Of a stretch of 64,000 nucleotides of DNA, positions 21,089 through 34,800 are shown piece by piece; positions within the stretch are counted from its first letter, which is position 1, and every line of letters starts with the position of its first letter. The notes beneath the pieces were generated by a model. The model was not told where the DNA came from. It made no database searches and worked only from the letters and a program-made list of their open reading frames with translations. The position numbers were made by a program, and so were the translations under genes. The DNA is from Anthoceros angustus (taxonomy: Eukaryota > Plantae > Anthocerotophyta): the NCBI GenBank assembly GCA_010909165.1, contig MU008182.1, positions 620,001 to 684,000 of the forward strand. The letters are read 5' to 3'.

Positions 21089-24000
21089 ATGCCGCTTGCC
21101 ATGGCCGCGGGGGATTCAAGGGGAGTGGACGCCTCCAGAGCAGCTCCCGGGACCCAAGGTGGAGAGTCAAGCCCTTTTGATGCAAATCGTTTGAAGAGTA
21201 TTCTGAGCAGACAACCAGCTCCTGCTGAACTTGAAATAGAGCACTCGGCCAAGTCGGAGAAAATGGACGAGCTTGCTGCTCTTACCGACTTTCAGATCGC
21301 TGAAAAAATCGGGAGGTACACCAGTCTGAAAGACAGCTTAGAGATGAAAGACAGCAACGTGAAGCTTCATAGACAGTTGCACCTACTTCGAGCAGAGAAA
21401 GAGAGGCGTGAGAAGATGAGGACGAAGGTGGGTTTTTGTCCTCGAATTTGGGCATGGCAGTGGATGATTTAGGTCGGTATTCAATTCCGACTAGTTGGTT
21501 GGCTCAGGATGGGAAGCATTTGCAGCCAGCGGAGGGCGACGAAGCAAGGTCTCCGTCAAGGTCTTCGTCTCCTCCAGAGATCAACAAACAAAGTTTTCCA
21601 TCGAGTACAAAGTTTTCTGTCTTTCCGGAAGCTGTTGAGAGGGTACAGCAAAGTGACAGAACGGCGTCAGGACAGCAGGCTGGTCCATCTTGTCCGGCTT
21701 CGAGACGAAATAATTGGGGTTGTCTCAATAGCTTGTCAAGGTCCGTGACGGCTCCTCAATGCGCCCGGTTGGCTAGGCCTGTTGTTAATGGGCATCAGTT
21801 AAGTATACCTTTGCTGCGTGTTGCAATCTGTATGACTTCTTGCTGCTGACCATGCTGCTTACTTATTGTGCAATTTTCCTTTGGTGTATGTGGATGCAGG
21901 TCAACTCGGAGGCTACGATCGGCTGGTCTGAAAGACGTGAGTTTATTATAGAGTCTGAGCAATTGAGAGCTCTTTCTGTCATGTCCTTGGGATGCTGTCG
22001 TTAACCGCATGTGCATATCATTAAAAGGGTCCTCCTTGCTGCCATCGCAGAATGGAACCTCAGAAGCTGGAGAAACATCTGAGAGCGATAGGAAGGCTGC
22101 AGAACCTAGTGCCATTGGGCTGTCTATGGCAAGTTTGTTTCTCCGTATCACAAGTTTGGCTGGTGCCTAGTTGTAATAATCTGTTGAGGGTACTCATGCT
22201 AGGCAATGCAAACTCAGTTTCTCCACAGTTCAACCAGGTCTCCACTGCTGCAGAGTGTTCCATGTTCATGTGGGGTTCTTGTCTTCTGTACAGGACAATG
22301 CTATGGAGTTGGTCTCCTCGGATGACGAGGATCCAGGAAGGGTGCCTGTTGGCCCCAATCATGTTGCCAATGGCCGGAGCAGACGTCCAGGTTTACGGCC
22401 CTTGCTCCCAAGCAGGTGCACCTGAATAATCTGCAAGATAAATACGAGAATGCTGTTGTCTTTCCTTCGTCGTGTTTCATTCCTCTGTGGACCTGTTTGC
22501 AGGTTGGATGGCCAAACCATTGCATATCCATCCAGGTAGTGCTTTGATTTCTTGATTTTTTGTTGTTGGAAACCCCAAAATCTCGTGTACTTTCAATTTT
22601 GGGAGCGTAGTACTAGTAGTAACGCAATGCCTTTCTGGAAGAAACTTGATTGACCGAATGTTTTTCATCTTGGCCCAGGGATGATCCAGATGCAATTGAG
22701 GTGCCCTTTTCAGATATGCAGCGTTTGGCACCTTTGGAGTTCTTGAATGACACAATCATCGACTTCTACATCAAGTATGAATGGGAACTTCATTTGGTAT
22801 CATCTTGTGTGTCTTTTGCTATCATCTTGTGGGTCTGCAAAACCGGAATGCCTACTTTCCATTGTCAGAATTACAAAACATGAGTCTAGGCCCATTTCTA
22901 CCGTTTTTAAGGTTGAATCATTGCAACCAATCTGCTTCTATGAAGTTTCTGTGGTTGCAGTCGGATTGAGTTGTAACTGTGAGGTCATGTCATGTGCTGG
23001 ACAGATACATGCAGAAGGACTGGAAAGGGAGCAAGGAGAGGGACGAGTTTCACTTCTTCAACACCTTCTTTTACAAGAAATTGAGTGACATTGTGATTGG
23101 TCAGGTGCGTCTACCTTGCCTGGTCGTGTCTGTAGCCGGGTTGTGTCTGTTGCCTCTCGAAGGTTCTGTCTCTTATCTGGTGGATCTTATCAGAAACCTA
23201 AAAGAGGGGAGAACAAGGAGAGCAAGGACAACAAGGAGAAGGAGATTCTGAAGCTGCGAAAGTGGACAAAAGGAACAAACATTTTTGACAAGGCTTATCT
23301 CTTCATACCAGTACATGACAAGTAAATGTTCTCCTTTGCCTTCTTGATGTAACAGTGCTTTGTAGTAATAACACGTCTAACCGATTATTGGATATACAGC
23401 CTTCACTGGAGTCTTGCGATAATTTGTCTACCTCCGAGAAATTGGGATGGCCTTGAATATGATCCATGCATCATTCACCTCGATTCAATGCAGCCAGGAC
23501 ACAATAGCCAATATATATTTCGGGCTTTGCGAACGTAATTCTAGAGCCAATTTTTAATAGGATGCTTGACTTACAATCTGGGTTTTGATTTCTGCATAAT
23601 ACCTGACGGTTAGTCTAGAACGTTATGTAGCTACTGAGGGGCTGCATTACAGGTACTTGGTTGCAGAATGGAAGCACAGAGATGACCAACATGCATTTGG
23701 GGGTGAGGTCCCGCAAATCAAGAAGCTCAAAGTATCTGCAGAGACTTTTCAAGCGAAGAGAGTACCCGTGAGTCATTCTTTGATCAATTCCATTTCTCGG
23801 ACAGCCACAGGCTCTGTTTCGAAGACTGCTTTGGTTTGTATGCTCAGACTGTACAGTAGACGTTAACCGTCATTACCGAGTCAAAAGATGGGTTTTGTGG
23901 TGTGTTCGAGTTTGTCTCTCTTTGTTTCTTGAGCTCAATGGGATCACTGCAGACAGTAACATGCTGCAAGGAATGAATCTACCAGGTGCCACAGCAGGAG

Positions 24001-24471
24001 AATGAGTCCGATTGTGGATTGTTCTTGCTGCATTACATTCAACGCTTTATAGAGGATTCTCCGCCAAATATTAGGTGGAGTGAGCTTGAAGAGTTGAAGG
24101 ACAAACTGGTAAACGCAACATATGAAGACTTGTGGTTGGTTAAGCCGTTTGGTTGGAAATTTGAAACTGCTAGATTTCGCAGTATATGATGTTTCTGTTC
24201 AATGTTAAGCAAATAGGTGTGATATGATCTTGACACGTACCTGTGTGTTCAATAGTTTGGTCGGAAGTGGTTTGATCCTCAAGACGCCTCAAGTCTAAGA
24301 AATACAATTCAAGCAATTCTGCAAAGCCTGTTCGAAGCTCAGGAAAAAGCTCAGGAAAACGGGGCACAGCTGTTGGGCAAGGAGAATGCACCATCAAAGA
24401 GTCAAGAGGAGCAGGTCGTGACAGTCCTGCTGGATCTGGACATTCAGCGCACAAAGGCAACTCAGGTCTGA
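21089..24471 (+). CDS. SUMO protease, Peptidase C48 (ULP1C/D, OTS-like), multi-exon. The 3' end may extend to ~24672 if a single-base indel lies near 24361
   Basis: Exon peptides DDPDAIEVPFSDMQRLAPLEFLNDTIIDFYIK, FHFFNTFFYKKL, RKWTKGTNIFDKAYLFIPVHD, LHWSLAIIC (His), IIHLDS (Asp), PQQENESDCGLFLLHYIQRF (Cys) and WFDPQDASSLR. Confidence 0.9.
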
Positions 24472-25182
24472 ATCCTGTCTTCGAAGTAAATGCCACTGAT
24501 ATTCCTGCACGACAAGAGGATTCTTCTAATCGAGTTGCGTCAAAGTCACTGCAGGATGACCTGCAGTTGCTCGTGGACCTGGATGCGAAAGTCTTGTCGC
24601 CGCAGCACAAGCCGAAGGACAACTGTGTGGGGCAGTCTCAACCAGAGGTTGTCGAGTGTTGACGGATTGTAGTGTGACTCTTGCCATTGTTTGCCTTTCC
24701 GGGCGAGTAAGGCCACCTGCAAGGCGGGGAAGCGGGAAGTTTCAGGTCAGCGAGAATCCAGCCAATTCGGCTTGCCCATGCCAGCGGTGGAGGGACTGCA
24801 AGGTGGTCTGAGCGTTCTGTACTTTTCAGGGTGGAGGGTGAATGCGTCGAAGACGAGCCCGATGATGCCTGCAACTTCTAAACCTAGAGGTGGTGCTCGG
24901 AATCAGCCTCCAATTTTTTGGTCCAGCAGACAACCGGAGAGGATTGTAAACAACATTTATTAAACTGTGCCATATCAAATGATTCACTTTACCTGACGTC
25001 ACTCCGAGGATTGGTTAAGCTGCACAGCTGCCTGGAGTCTGCCACCAATGGCGGGATAGAAGGAAGATCAGAGGATTACAGAGGTACAGAGAACAGAGCT
25101 GGATAGCTATTGCCCACGAGAGGAGCCGGGGCGGGCTGGAATCAGGGACTCCAATTCCCAGACTAGACCCTCGAAAGGAGCG

Positions 25183-26394
25183 ATGGCCGCGGCGGTGCGC
25201 CCTGCGGCGGCAGCGGGGTCTTGCACGTCCGCTTGCAAGCCGGCCTGTGAGCCGAGGCGCGCGTCGAGACCATGTGTGGCTGTTGCGGGCAGCGGGAAGA
25301 GGTGCAGCTCCTTGCGTTGGATCAAACCTTGCGGGAAACCCCGGGCGCCATGGCGGCCGCTGTGCTCCGCGGCTGTGTCGAGCATCGAGCAGGAGGAGAT
25401 GACATCGGACAGGCCCGCAACGCTGCTGCGGGACGGGGAGGAGGGGGACGGAGCAGGCTCGCCCGGGATGCGGGAGAAATTCGAGCAGATGATTCGGCGG
25501 GCGCAGGACGAGATATGCGCTGCAGTGGAGGCCACCGACGGCGGGACCTTTCGGGAGGATGTGTGGACCAGACCTGGAGGGGGCGGGGGCATCAGCCGCG
25601 TGCTGCAGGATGGCAATGTGTGGGAGAAGGCTGGCGTGAATGTGAGCGTGGTGTACGGCACCATGCCTCCAGAAGCCTACCGCGCTGCCACGCACGGGGA
25701 TAGCGTGCCGGTGAATAAGGCTGGCCGGATCCCCTTCTTCGCCGCGGGAGTGAGCTCGGTCATGCATCCCAAGAACCCCTTCGCTCCCACTGTGCACTTC
25801 AACTACCGCTACTTCGAGACGGATGCGCCTGAGGGCGTGCCGGGGGCTCCCAGGGGGTGGTGGTTCGGAGGGGGAACGGATCTCACTCCTTCTTATATCT
25901 TTGATGAAGATGTGAGACATTTCCACCGCACGCAGAAGGCGGCCTGCGACAAGTTCGACGCTGCTTTCTATCCCAAGTACAAGGCCTGGTGCGACGACTA
26001 CTTTCTCATCAAGCATCGGGGGGAGAGGCGCGGCTTGGGAGGTATTTTTTTCGACGATCTCAATGATAGGGATCCTGACAAGCTACTGGCCTTCTCTACC
26101 GAATGTGTTTCTTCGGTCGTCCCTGCTTACCTGCCGATTATTGAGAAGCGCAAGGACACGCCCTTTGAACCGCACCATAAAGACTGGCAGCAACTGCGGA
26201 GAGGGCGTTATGTGGAATTTAACTTGGTGTATGATCGAGGCACCACCTTCGGGCTGAAGACCGGAGGAAGGATAGAGAGCATTTTGATGTCCCTCCCCTT
26301 AACTGCCAGATGGGAATATGATCACCATCCAGCAGAGGGGACTGACGAGTGGAAGCTTCTGGACGCCTGCCGAAACCCCAAGGAATGGGTGTGA
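25183..26394 (+). CDS. HEMF: Oxygen-dependent coproporphyrinogen III oxidase, plastid-targeted, single exon, 403 aa
   Basis: Uninterrupted ORF with [64 protein letters not shown] and [20 protein letters not shown]. Confidence 0.97.
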   Translation: MAAAVRPAAAAGSCTSACKPACEPRRASRPCVAVAGSGKRCSSLRWIKPCGKPRAPWRPLCSAAVSSIEQEEMTSDRPATLLRDGEEGDGAGSPGMREKFEQMIRRAQDEICAAVEATDGGTFREDVWTRPGGGGGISRVLQDGNVWEKAGVNVSVVYGTMPPEAYRAATHGDSVPVNKAGRIPFFAAGVSSVMHPKNPFAPTVHFNYRYFETDAPEGVPGAPRGWWFGGGTDLTPSYIFDEDVRHFHRTQKAACDKFDAAFYPKYKAWCDDYFLIKHRGERRGLGGIFFDDLNDRDPDKLLAFSTECVSSVVPAYLPIIEKRKDTPFEPHHKDWQQLRRGRYVEFNLVYDRGTTFGLKTGGRIESILMSLPLTARWEYDHHPAEGTDEWKLLDACRNPKEWV

Positions 26395-26663
26395 CAGACG
26401 ATCTATTGCCGATAGTGAAAGGGATCAAGAGAGTCGCTCAAGAGCTCGGTGTGTTCGCCAAATGTGTTGCCTTGAGGGTTCTCAGGCTGTGTGTGGGTGT
26501 GCTCAGGTCAGGTCCTTGTGCACTACCGCAATGAGATGGACACCGCTAGGCATAGGAAATTGGTGCCACTACCACGTAATCCTAGCATCCGAATATGTCC
26601 TAAGGCGTCAATCTCTCCCTACCCTTTTGACAGTCTACTACTCAGTTGACAAACCCGCGACCG

Positions 26664-29600
26664 TTATTGGGCGTTGAACAGCTTCCGGAATGACGGTCCC
26701 TCCTTCTTGTCCTTGGCTGGTTCAGCTAATGAAAAAATCCGCTTCATGGTGGCTGCAGACTGTGAGAAAGCGCCTCTTCCTGCACTTGCAAATACTGCTG
26801 CCCGGGACATCATTGCTTCTCTACCTGGATTAGGTGCTCCTGGGCTAGGAAGTAAGGATGAAACTGCACTGGCAAATTGCGCTGCTGTTGGGGTGGTAGG
26901 ACTTGCGGGAATCAGCCCTCCAGGTCCCCGCTTGTTAAATTGATCTAGCAGGGGCTGTTGCTCCGTCCTCTTCAAACCCTGCACGCACGCACCAATATAT
27001 GAGAAAACGGAGTTTGCGCGCCTTGTCTGCAGATGCTAGAACGTGTCTCCGTCCTACCTTCAGGTCAAGTATCCTCTGAAAGTCGGCAGATGTCCCCTCA
27101 GGTAGCAATGCCCGATAGGTGTCTGCAATGGCTTCCACAGGCGACAGAATTACCTGCCAAGAGGCCAAATGCACGAGTTATCGTCAACAACCTCAAGCAG
27201 GGAGATAAGCGCAACCCCGCACAAGACTTGAAAATCCACCTTCAGTAAAGCTTCAGCTTTCGAGATTTCACGAGTGACAAATTTGTTGTAGGTCGGTGAA
27301 GCTGTACTCTGCGTGCAGCTCAAATTGTTAAGAACAAAAATGCAAACGAAACGTGTACATATCTAGGGAAGAACTCTATACCTGGCCACCAAGTGTTGGG
27401 ACTTCTAGTAACAGAGTCTTTACAGCCTGCGTGTCCAGCAGCATCTGCATGGCACCCATAGGTGTGAGTAGGTTAGGACTGGTATATCAATAACCACCAC
27501 CGCTTCAACTACAAGGCAAACACGAGCGCTTACCTGCTGCGCTCCAGTTTCAGAGATGCGTTTGCACTTATATATGTTAAGGTGAAACCTTGGAGCAAAA
27601 GATGCCGCAAGCTGCTCACAGCATTCAAAGACGTGTCAGAACATGTAGATATGCAACAACCAGTACACAGGCCCGGCATGTTCTTGTACGTACCTTGTCC
27701 ATGAAAAATGAGTAATAAACCGTCGACAGCAAGCCAGCAATCACGGGAACACTGCTTGAAAGGATGGAACTGATGCCATTAACATATCTGTTTCACAGGA
27801 AACTCCTGTATCACCTCCGTTTTGGACCACAGCGAAAATGTAGAGCCGCGAGAGGTGTACAGGCTTACTCTGACTGATCTCCAACTGCTTCAAGTGTTCC
27901 CCAAGGCACTCGTGCCATGGCTGCAAGTTCAGCTTCGAGCTTGGTTTCCAGGCCTAGCACCAATGTTGACAGAGCCTTTGTTATCACACCTGAGAACTCA
28001 TCCTGCAGAACACGGGCAGCTCAGTTTCATAATTTCCACTCCCAAGTATCCTGCAAGTATTCAAGTGCAACGAACCAATTAATTTACTATACCTGTTCTT
28101 CTGACATGTCAATACTTTCAGAGAATTGGACGTCAATAACTTTTGAGATATTTTCCGCCAGCTGACCAGCCTGTAACAGGCAATCGGAAAGATAATCCTC
28201 CAATATGATAGCAAATCATTGCTGCGAGTCGACACAAGAAGAAGTAAGCAGCATGCAGGAAATTGTTTCTGCTGGGTTATCGTACCGTCTCATGGCAGTA
28301 CTCAGCTGTATTCACTATATAGCACATCACTCTCTCATCCTTCTCGGTCATCTGCAGATACCAGGCAATGTAAAGTTACGTGAAGTTTCATTGATACACC
28401 ATGTGAATGCTGTCTTATGGTTAGCTGCATGCCCTCTACATAAAGAAGTGATGCATGGCATTGCATGTAGGAGGCAGGGTCACCTTAATCTGCCCATCGG
28501 TACCAGTTGCAGTGGCTACTATGCCAGTGCCGCCCTTCGGAAATCTTACCAAGAGTTTCGCAGCATAGGCCCTCAGGACGCGCTGAAAGACCTGCGAGTC
28601 AAGGGCAAATGAAACCAATGCTGAATGCTATCTATGTTGACGGCATTGAGACCAGCTCAACACGGCACCATGCTGCAGGTTTTTCACTTACCTTATAGAG
28701 GTTAAAAAGCGTTTGGTTCCGAGTCAGATTGCTGCATCTTTTCAAACTTCTTTTTATGATGAGGAAAATCTGTTGATAGAGTCACGTTAGATCACCAGTC
28801 TGACAAATGACATGTGGTTAACGATGACTATTCTGCTTTAAAAAGAGCAGCCTATTCTGCAATGGAAGGAAATGGCCACCTGTGAACTGCTGGAGAGGAT
28901 ACTTGTATTGCTGCCTTCCTCAGCCTCCCAAGTCTCTTCCTGCAGCAACAGGACATCACTTCAAATCCCCTAACTACTTGGAAAGGTATCCTACACCTAC
29001 AGCAAGGTCGGACATTAAAGGCACGCACACAGAAAGAACATTCAATTAGAGACAGAACCTGAATGAGTTTCTCCAAACTTTCCATCAGGGTCTTCTCCTC
29101 CAGGTCGACGTAAGAGCCAAGATGTGGCTCAAAGCAGGACGATATCGTACCGCGAAAACTGAATTTCATAGCAGCCTGAAGGTTACACAGACTGATATTA
29201 TAATCACTATTACTGTGTGAGGGAAACCGATTCAAAGTGGAAACCAGTTCTAGAGGTAGACACACTTACAGCTGTGGCTAAACCCGTGCTTCGCTTCGAC
29301 TCCTCAAACTCGAGGGATACTTTGCCCTGACATATTATGGCAGAATCCAGATCTTAGATTCTGAAAAGAACAGACTGGAAGGTGGTCCAACAATTGCTGC
29401 TTGCATAGAGACGGTGTTCACCAGGGCCATACACGCTGCACACCCAGATAGGTCAATGTATGTTTAGCACACGTTACCTCTTGTTCATCCTTGACTGCAG
29501 AATTAGTAGCTTCAACTAAACCCAGCGCTTCTCTGTCGGCATGGCCTCTGTTATCTCTTTCATCACGGCTGACACCTGAATCGTTCCCACCAAATCGTTC

Positions 29601-31662
29601 TACTAGCTCTTGCTCAAACTCAAGTGTTCTTTGCAAGCCCTAGAGAGCACCTAAGATACTCAGGTCAACCGAATACAAACCTACCCAGAATTAATATGAA
29701 GTACATGGTCAGCCAGATGTCTGATGGCCAATACACAGCAAGAGAGTACCTGCAGCAAAGTTGCCACATCTGGTTTCTCCTTGGCTCCATCAACTCCGTC
29801 AAGAATCTCCATAAGGTTTGCCCTGTCACAAAACATCCTCCCTTTCAAGCTCTATACAGAACTTGTCCAAATCAGCCAGTCATGGTCAAGACCAATACTG
29901 CTTTTTCATACCAATCAGCTTTGCGTGTGTGTCTAGGAACCTGAACCAAAACGAGATAGCATGGACCTGCTCAAAACTCTGAAGCTCAGCTGATGAATTT
30001 GCAAGAAGTGTGTACCTCGTGACTTTGCAGAACTGCATGCACAGCAGGTAAGGGACACGCCAAGCTGATGGGAATATCTGCCAGACTTCTTCATTAGCAC
30101 GCAACTGACGCTTAATCCAAGCATAGCGGCGCTCCACTTTGTCAAGTTTTGCCACTTCTGCTCATGAAAAAAGCTCAAATCAGAACACAGTCAGCAAATG
30201 CTTGTAGGACATAGGATGCAAAGTACTCAAAACACAAGATTGCATGCTGAAAACGCAAAATACCTGTGCCTTGAAAAATTTGCTGGTACGCAGTCAACTC
30301 CTTGCTACACACAGTCCGTATTAGCTCCTCACGTGCAGAGGGATCTAGTGCATCGATGACCAAACAAGCATCTGATAGCTGCTGCATCAAGTGCCCATCA
30401 TCCTTCAGTGCAGCCGTACCTAAGCTGCAAGACAAAGTGCAAACAGGTGAAGCAGATTATGGAGCTGCAGCATGTGAGCTTCACACCATAGCAGGGTTCA
30501 TTGTCAATGTTTGTCAGTTGCTCGGTATCATGGGCTGCACAGGTGAAAAGAAAGGTTCTATACCTAGAGAAGTCAGAAAACACACACGCCTTCAAAGTTG
30601 CCTTTGTCGTCTTGAACTTGTCTCGGAGCTCATTGATTTTGGGAATATCGTTGTATGCCTCAAAATGACTAGAAAGCTGATTCACAGCCTGAATCCGTGC
30701 AAAAAACGAAAGAAAATCTACTTCAGTACACCAGGACCATTATAACAGCTTGAGGAGGAGTGGACATCTCATGTCGTTCATTTTGAGCCCATGGATACTG
30801 ACAAGGAATCACAAACCTCAAGCTGCCCAGCTGCCTCCCTGTACTGGCGCTTAGCGGCCATAGCTTGCAGCTGATCTACGGCAGATACTGGACATGAACA
30901 GTTCCAACGGGTGAGACTCTAAAACACTGGATTCATCTATGTATGTCTGAGAACAACACTTGACCAAAATATACCCAGCATTGCTAGTCGATGTAAGGCA
31001 GTGATCGTGGTGGTGATATGCTTTTTTGCATAGTCCAGCTTCTTGATGTCCCTGCATATTTCTTGCACCATAACCTCGCTTTGTTCTGCTTTCGTCTTTA
31101 TTTCCTTGATTTTTTGGGCGAGTTCCTGAGCAGAACACCTCACGATTGATCCCACATGCAGTTCACAGGGTAGCTTGTCCATTGCAGAATTTCAGGCACC
31201 TGAATTGCTCGAGTTGCACAAGCAAGATCCTCCTTAGCCTTTGTCCCGGACGTGCTCTATACATATGAGACTCAAGGATTAGAGTTCTATTACGTACTGT
31301 CATGGCCATCACAGGAAACCAGCCACGTGCAATAACATCATGAACCATGCTGAATGAGATTAAGGACAAGTGATCTTCCATCTCCAGGGGTACCTGCTGT
31401 CTTACTGCCAACAATATTTCGGCATCAACGTGACGTATCTTGTTGCGCAGTTTCAAAATCAATGGTTCAACAGCCACCAGTGAAGCTTCTGCTCCACAAA
31501 CAAGTGAAACTCAGGTCCAAGAAATCTCAGCACCGAAGCACCTAACAATGCCCTTGCACAGCTACAAATGAACGCCCCTGCACCGGGAAATATAACAGGA
31601 AACAAACCATTCGGAAACATAGAGTTGATGAAATCCAGAGTGGTGGAATTGGCCGTGGCCAT
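26664..31662 (-). CDS. VPS53: GARP/EARP complex subunit VPS53, multi-exon
   Basis: [123 protein letters not shown], and C-terminal [17 protein letters not shown]. Confidence 0.93.
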
Positions 31663-32615
31663 ATTGTCCGCGACAACAATTCGGATACAAATTCCTGCAA
31701 AAGTCCTTTCCAAAAGCTCAAAAGCTGAAGCTGCCAAACTTGAGCTGAACAGTGCTCAATGCCGCTCCCACAAAACTAGCGAGATCTGACTGTCTCAAGT
31801 AGCTCCTCGACCCTCCCCTGCTGTTTGGAAAATGCATCTGGAAATTTACCAATGACTTTTAGAATGAAATCATGCAAACTGAAGCTCAAGAGCTCAAATC
31901 TCCCTACCAGATTATGAGAAGGCATGATCCGCAGCTAATTCCCGCTGTAGACACGGATCTGCCGTGGAAACTCCAGCTCTCGACTGGCTGCGGTCAAGGC
32001 TATAGTTCAAACTGCTGGAATGCAGTCGGCCAACTCCGGCTGCTGCTCCAAGGAGTCCAATCCCTGCTCTAGGATCAGCCCAAGAATCTCGTGAGAGGAG
32101 GCAGCGCAATCTGTCTGGCAACACACATCAACTGTACAGAGGTTTTGTAGAAACTACATACTGTACGACAGACTTACTTTTACGAATGTTTGCAGCGAAT
32201 CGCTTTTGCCATTTTACTTTCACTCAATGCAACCCTACTGTATAACTCTGAATAACATTTTATATATATATATATTAATAAACGATCATCTACTATTTTA
32301 GTTTGATTTATTTCATTAAATAACTTAAGACCGGTTATGGAGTTATGTTAGGAATCTTTATCTCCATGATGTCACTCAATATTAACTCCATAACCACTCA
32401 CGCTATTTTCTTGCCTACAATTAGGTAATTTTGATTTGAATTCAATAATTGCTTGGTCTTTCTTCCGTTGTCGGCGAGCTGAGCATCACAACTTCAAGGG
32501 TCATGTGCTCTGTCAAATGATGTGAAAAGCTTCTGATTCAAATACTCCCTCCTGAATTTCTTGATAACTTAACTGCACTTTGTTTGCCACCTATTTTCAT
32601 ACCCGAACCTATCAA

Positions 32616-32767
32616 TTCAACTTTGCCTTTCGATTATATTAAGACCGTAATCCCATGACCACCTTCGAGACCTTGGAATTTTCATGACCTATTAGTTCAA
32701 CTTTGCCTTTCGATTACATTAAGACCGTAATCCCATGACCACCTTCGAGACCTTGGAATTTTCATGA
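32616..32767. repeat. ~72-bp direct repeat (32616-32687, 32696-32767); a second ~105-bp direct repeat pair at ~33033-33139 and ~33375-33478
   Basis: Directly visible duplicated text. Confidence 0.85.
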
Positions 32768-33821
32768 TCCGGTGCGCACGGTTTGTCTTGTGGCACCCCT
32801 TTCCCTCCAAATGATTGGTGATTGGTAATATACTTCTTCGAGCTTGCTGCCATTGCCCTTCGAGCTGGCCACTGTAGCCTTTCAAGCTACCTAATGTATG
32901 ATATCAAGTTGCTCTTAATACATTGTCTCTCAAGATATCTTGGTTGAGTATCTTGCACGGGAGAATTCACAATACTCTTCGCCTATTCCCGCATCAAGAA
33001 CCCATATCCGTTGATTGATTACTCATATTACGACCAGTGGCGATGTGGTAAACCCGCCCTGAGCTGATGGTGTATATGGTGTATGTCATCCCTCTTGGCT
33101 GCTACGCAACTCCCTTGCTTATCTCTCTGTTTGAAGGTTTTCTCTCTCTATGTTGGAAGGTTTTGCAGTCACTATGTTGAAGTATATTTGCATGCTTAGG
33201 GTCTCTTATTGTAGCCAACTTGCATGCATTATTTTTGAATATTGATTTTAACTAAGTGCGCACCAGTTGAGTTGACAAAGGTCTCCCATCTTGATTGTTG
33301 GCTCTTCTCGCCATGTTATTGAGGCCGTCATCGCTCTTGTTGGCCATACTGGCTATGCTATTCAGCTATGTACAACCAGCGGCGACGTGGTAAACCCGCC
33401 CTAAGCTGATGGTGTCCATGGTGTATGTCATCCCTCTCGGCCGCTACTCAGCTCCCTTGCTTATCTTCATGTTTGAAGATTATTATCAACTAGTGTGGAA
33501 AAACACTTCACATGAGAATTCGGCATAGCATATTACTATTAAATATTGTGCAAACTCTCTTTACATGAGAATTTGGCACAACACTTCCATTATTCTTATC
33601 TCGTGTAGAAGATTTCTCACTTGAGAATAACGCTCAGCAAATTATTATTCACTCATCAATTGTAAAATTGTTATCTACTCATACTTGGCTGAGGGGGTTT
33701 ATGGAGTCGTGCTGGAGCAGTGTTCTCAAGGGTTTTGGAGCGGTGAGCGGTGTTCTCAAGAGTCTTCTATACATGGTCTTCTCCAGGGTCTTCTCTAGGT
33801 CTTTTTACAGGGCTCCCCAGT

Positions 33822-34800
33822 ATGATGCAGGCCACCCAATTTGCGCCTATCAAGGACACCCCCTGCCCGGTCTGCTCTCAGCTTTGCTCTGGGGTTAAGG
33901 GGGTGAAATGTCACATTGGGCACAAGCACAAGGATTTCGACAAGACTACTTGGGAGGCACAAGTACGGCTTGCTTCTTCTTCCGGCGCAGCGGCTCACCC
34001 AATCCCTCCCAGCCTCCTTGGGCCACGTAGTCTTGGGAGTGGCTTCGGAGGTAGTCCAACCACCTGCTGGCGTTGTTTCACACTCGTTTCCCAAGCCCCC
34101 ATCTTTTTCGGCGGCCCCCAAGGCGTCTTCACGATGATGTTCGCCTTGCGTACCGCCTTCCATTGGATCACCTTGCGCGGGACCCCGGGGATGAGGAGGC
34201 TTGGACTCTTTTCCTTTTCCTTCCTAGGTGGTGTCTTCGGCGCTCTAGGGGCGGTTCTTCGGGTCATAGGGAGGTGGCTTCCCGCCTCCGCCGCTTTCAG
34301 GCGGGGGATTGGGAGGCTCTACAAGAGGAGGATCTTTTGGCGGCAAGATCTAGGTTGCGGTCGGCCAAGGTCGACCAGGTTTGTTCGGACCTTGGTAAGG
34401 CACGTCTCCGAAGGTGTCATATGTTAGGTCGGAATGGTGAGTATGCGCGGGCTGCTAGGGCTCTCCGCCCAGAGCCAGTGGCGCCGGCCTCCGAGGACAC
34501 CATCGCCGCACTCCGTGCCCTTCATCCGGCCCCCAGTGACAACATTCCACAGGATACCTTCGACTTCGTGCCCGAGGAGCTTTTTTTTCTAGATAGGGCG
34601 GTCTTTGGTCGGGCCCTCTCCACTGCCCCCCAACTCTCCTTGGGTGGTCTATCAGGGATAATTTATGACCACCTTCGAGATTATTTCTCCCCAGAGGATC
34701 CATCTAGTGGTTTTTCAGAGCTTTTCATTCTGGCGGTGGCTATGGCCAGAGGCGAGGTCCCTCGCAAGATCTCCCAGGTCTTCGGGGCTTGTAGGTTAAC
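33822..34800 (+). mobile_element. 3'-truncated non-LTR retrotransposon, probably CRE/RLE type: N-terminal C2H2 zinc finger and pre-RT region; one frameshift near 34060
   Basis: C-x2-C-x12-H-x4-H at 33864-33929 (CPVCSQLCSGVKGVKCHIGHKH). Then LRRFQAGDWEAL, GEYARAARAL, APASEDTIAALRALHP and LSGIIYDHLRD...GACRL, the region that normally precedes the RT motif RPIAVGE in CRE-type elements. The RT core is absent. Confidence 0.7.
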
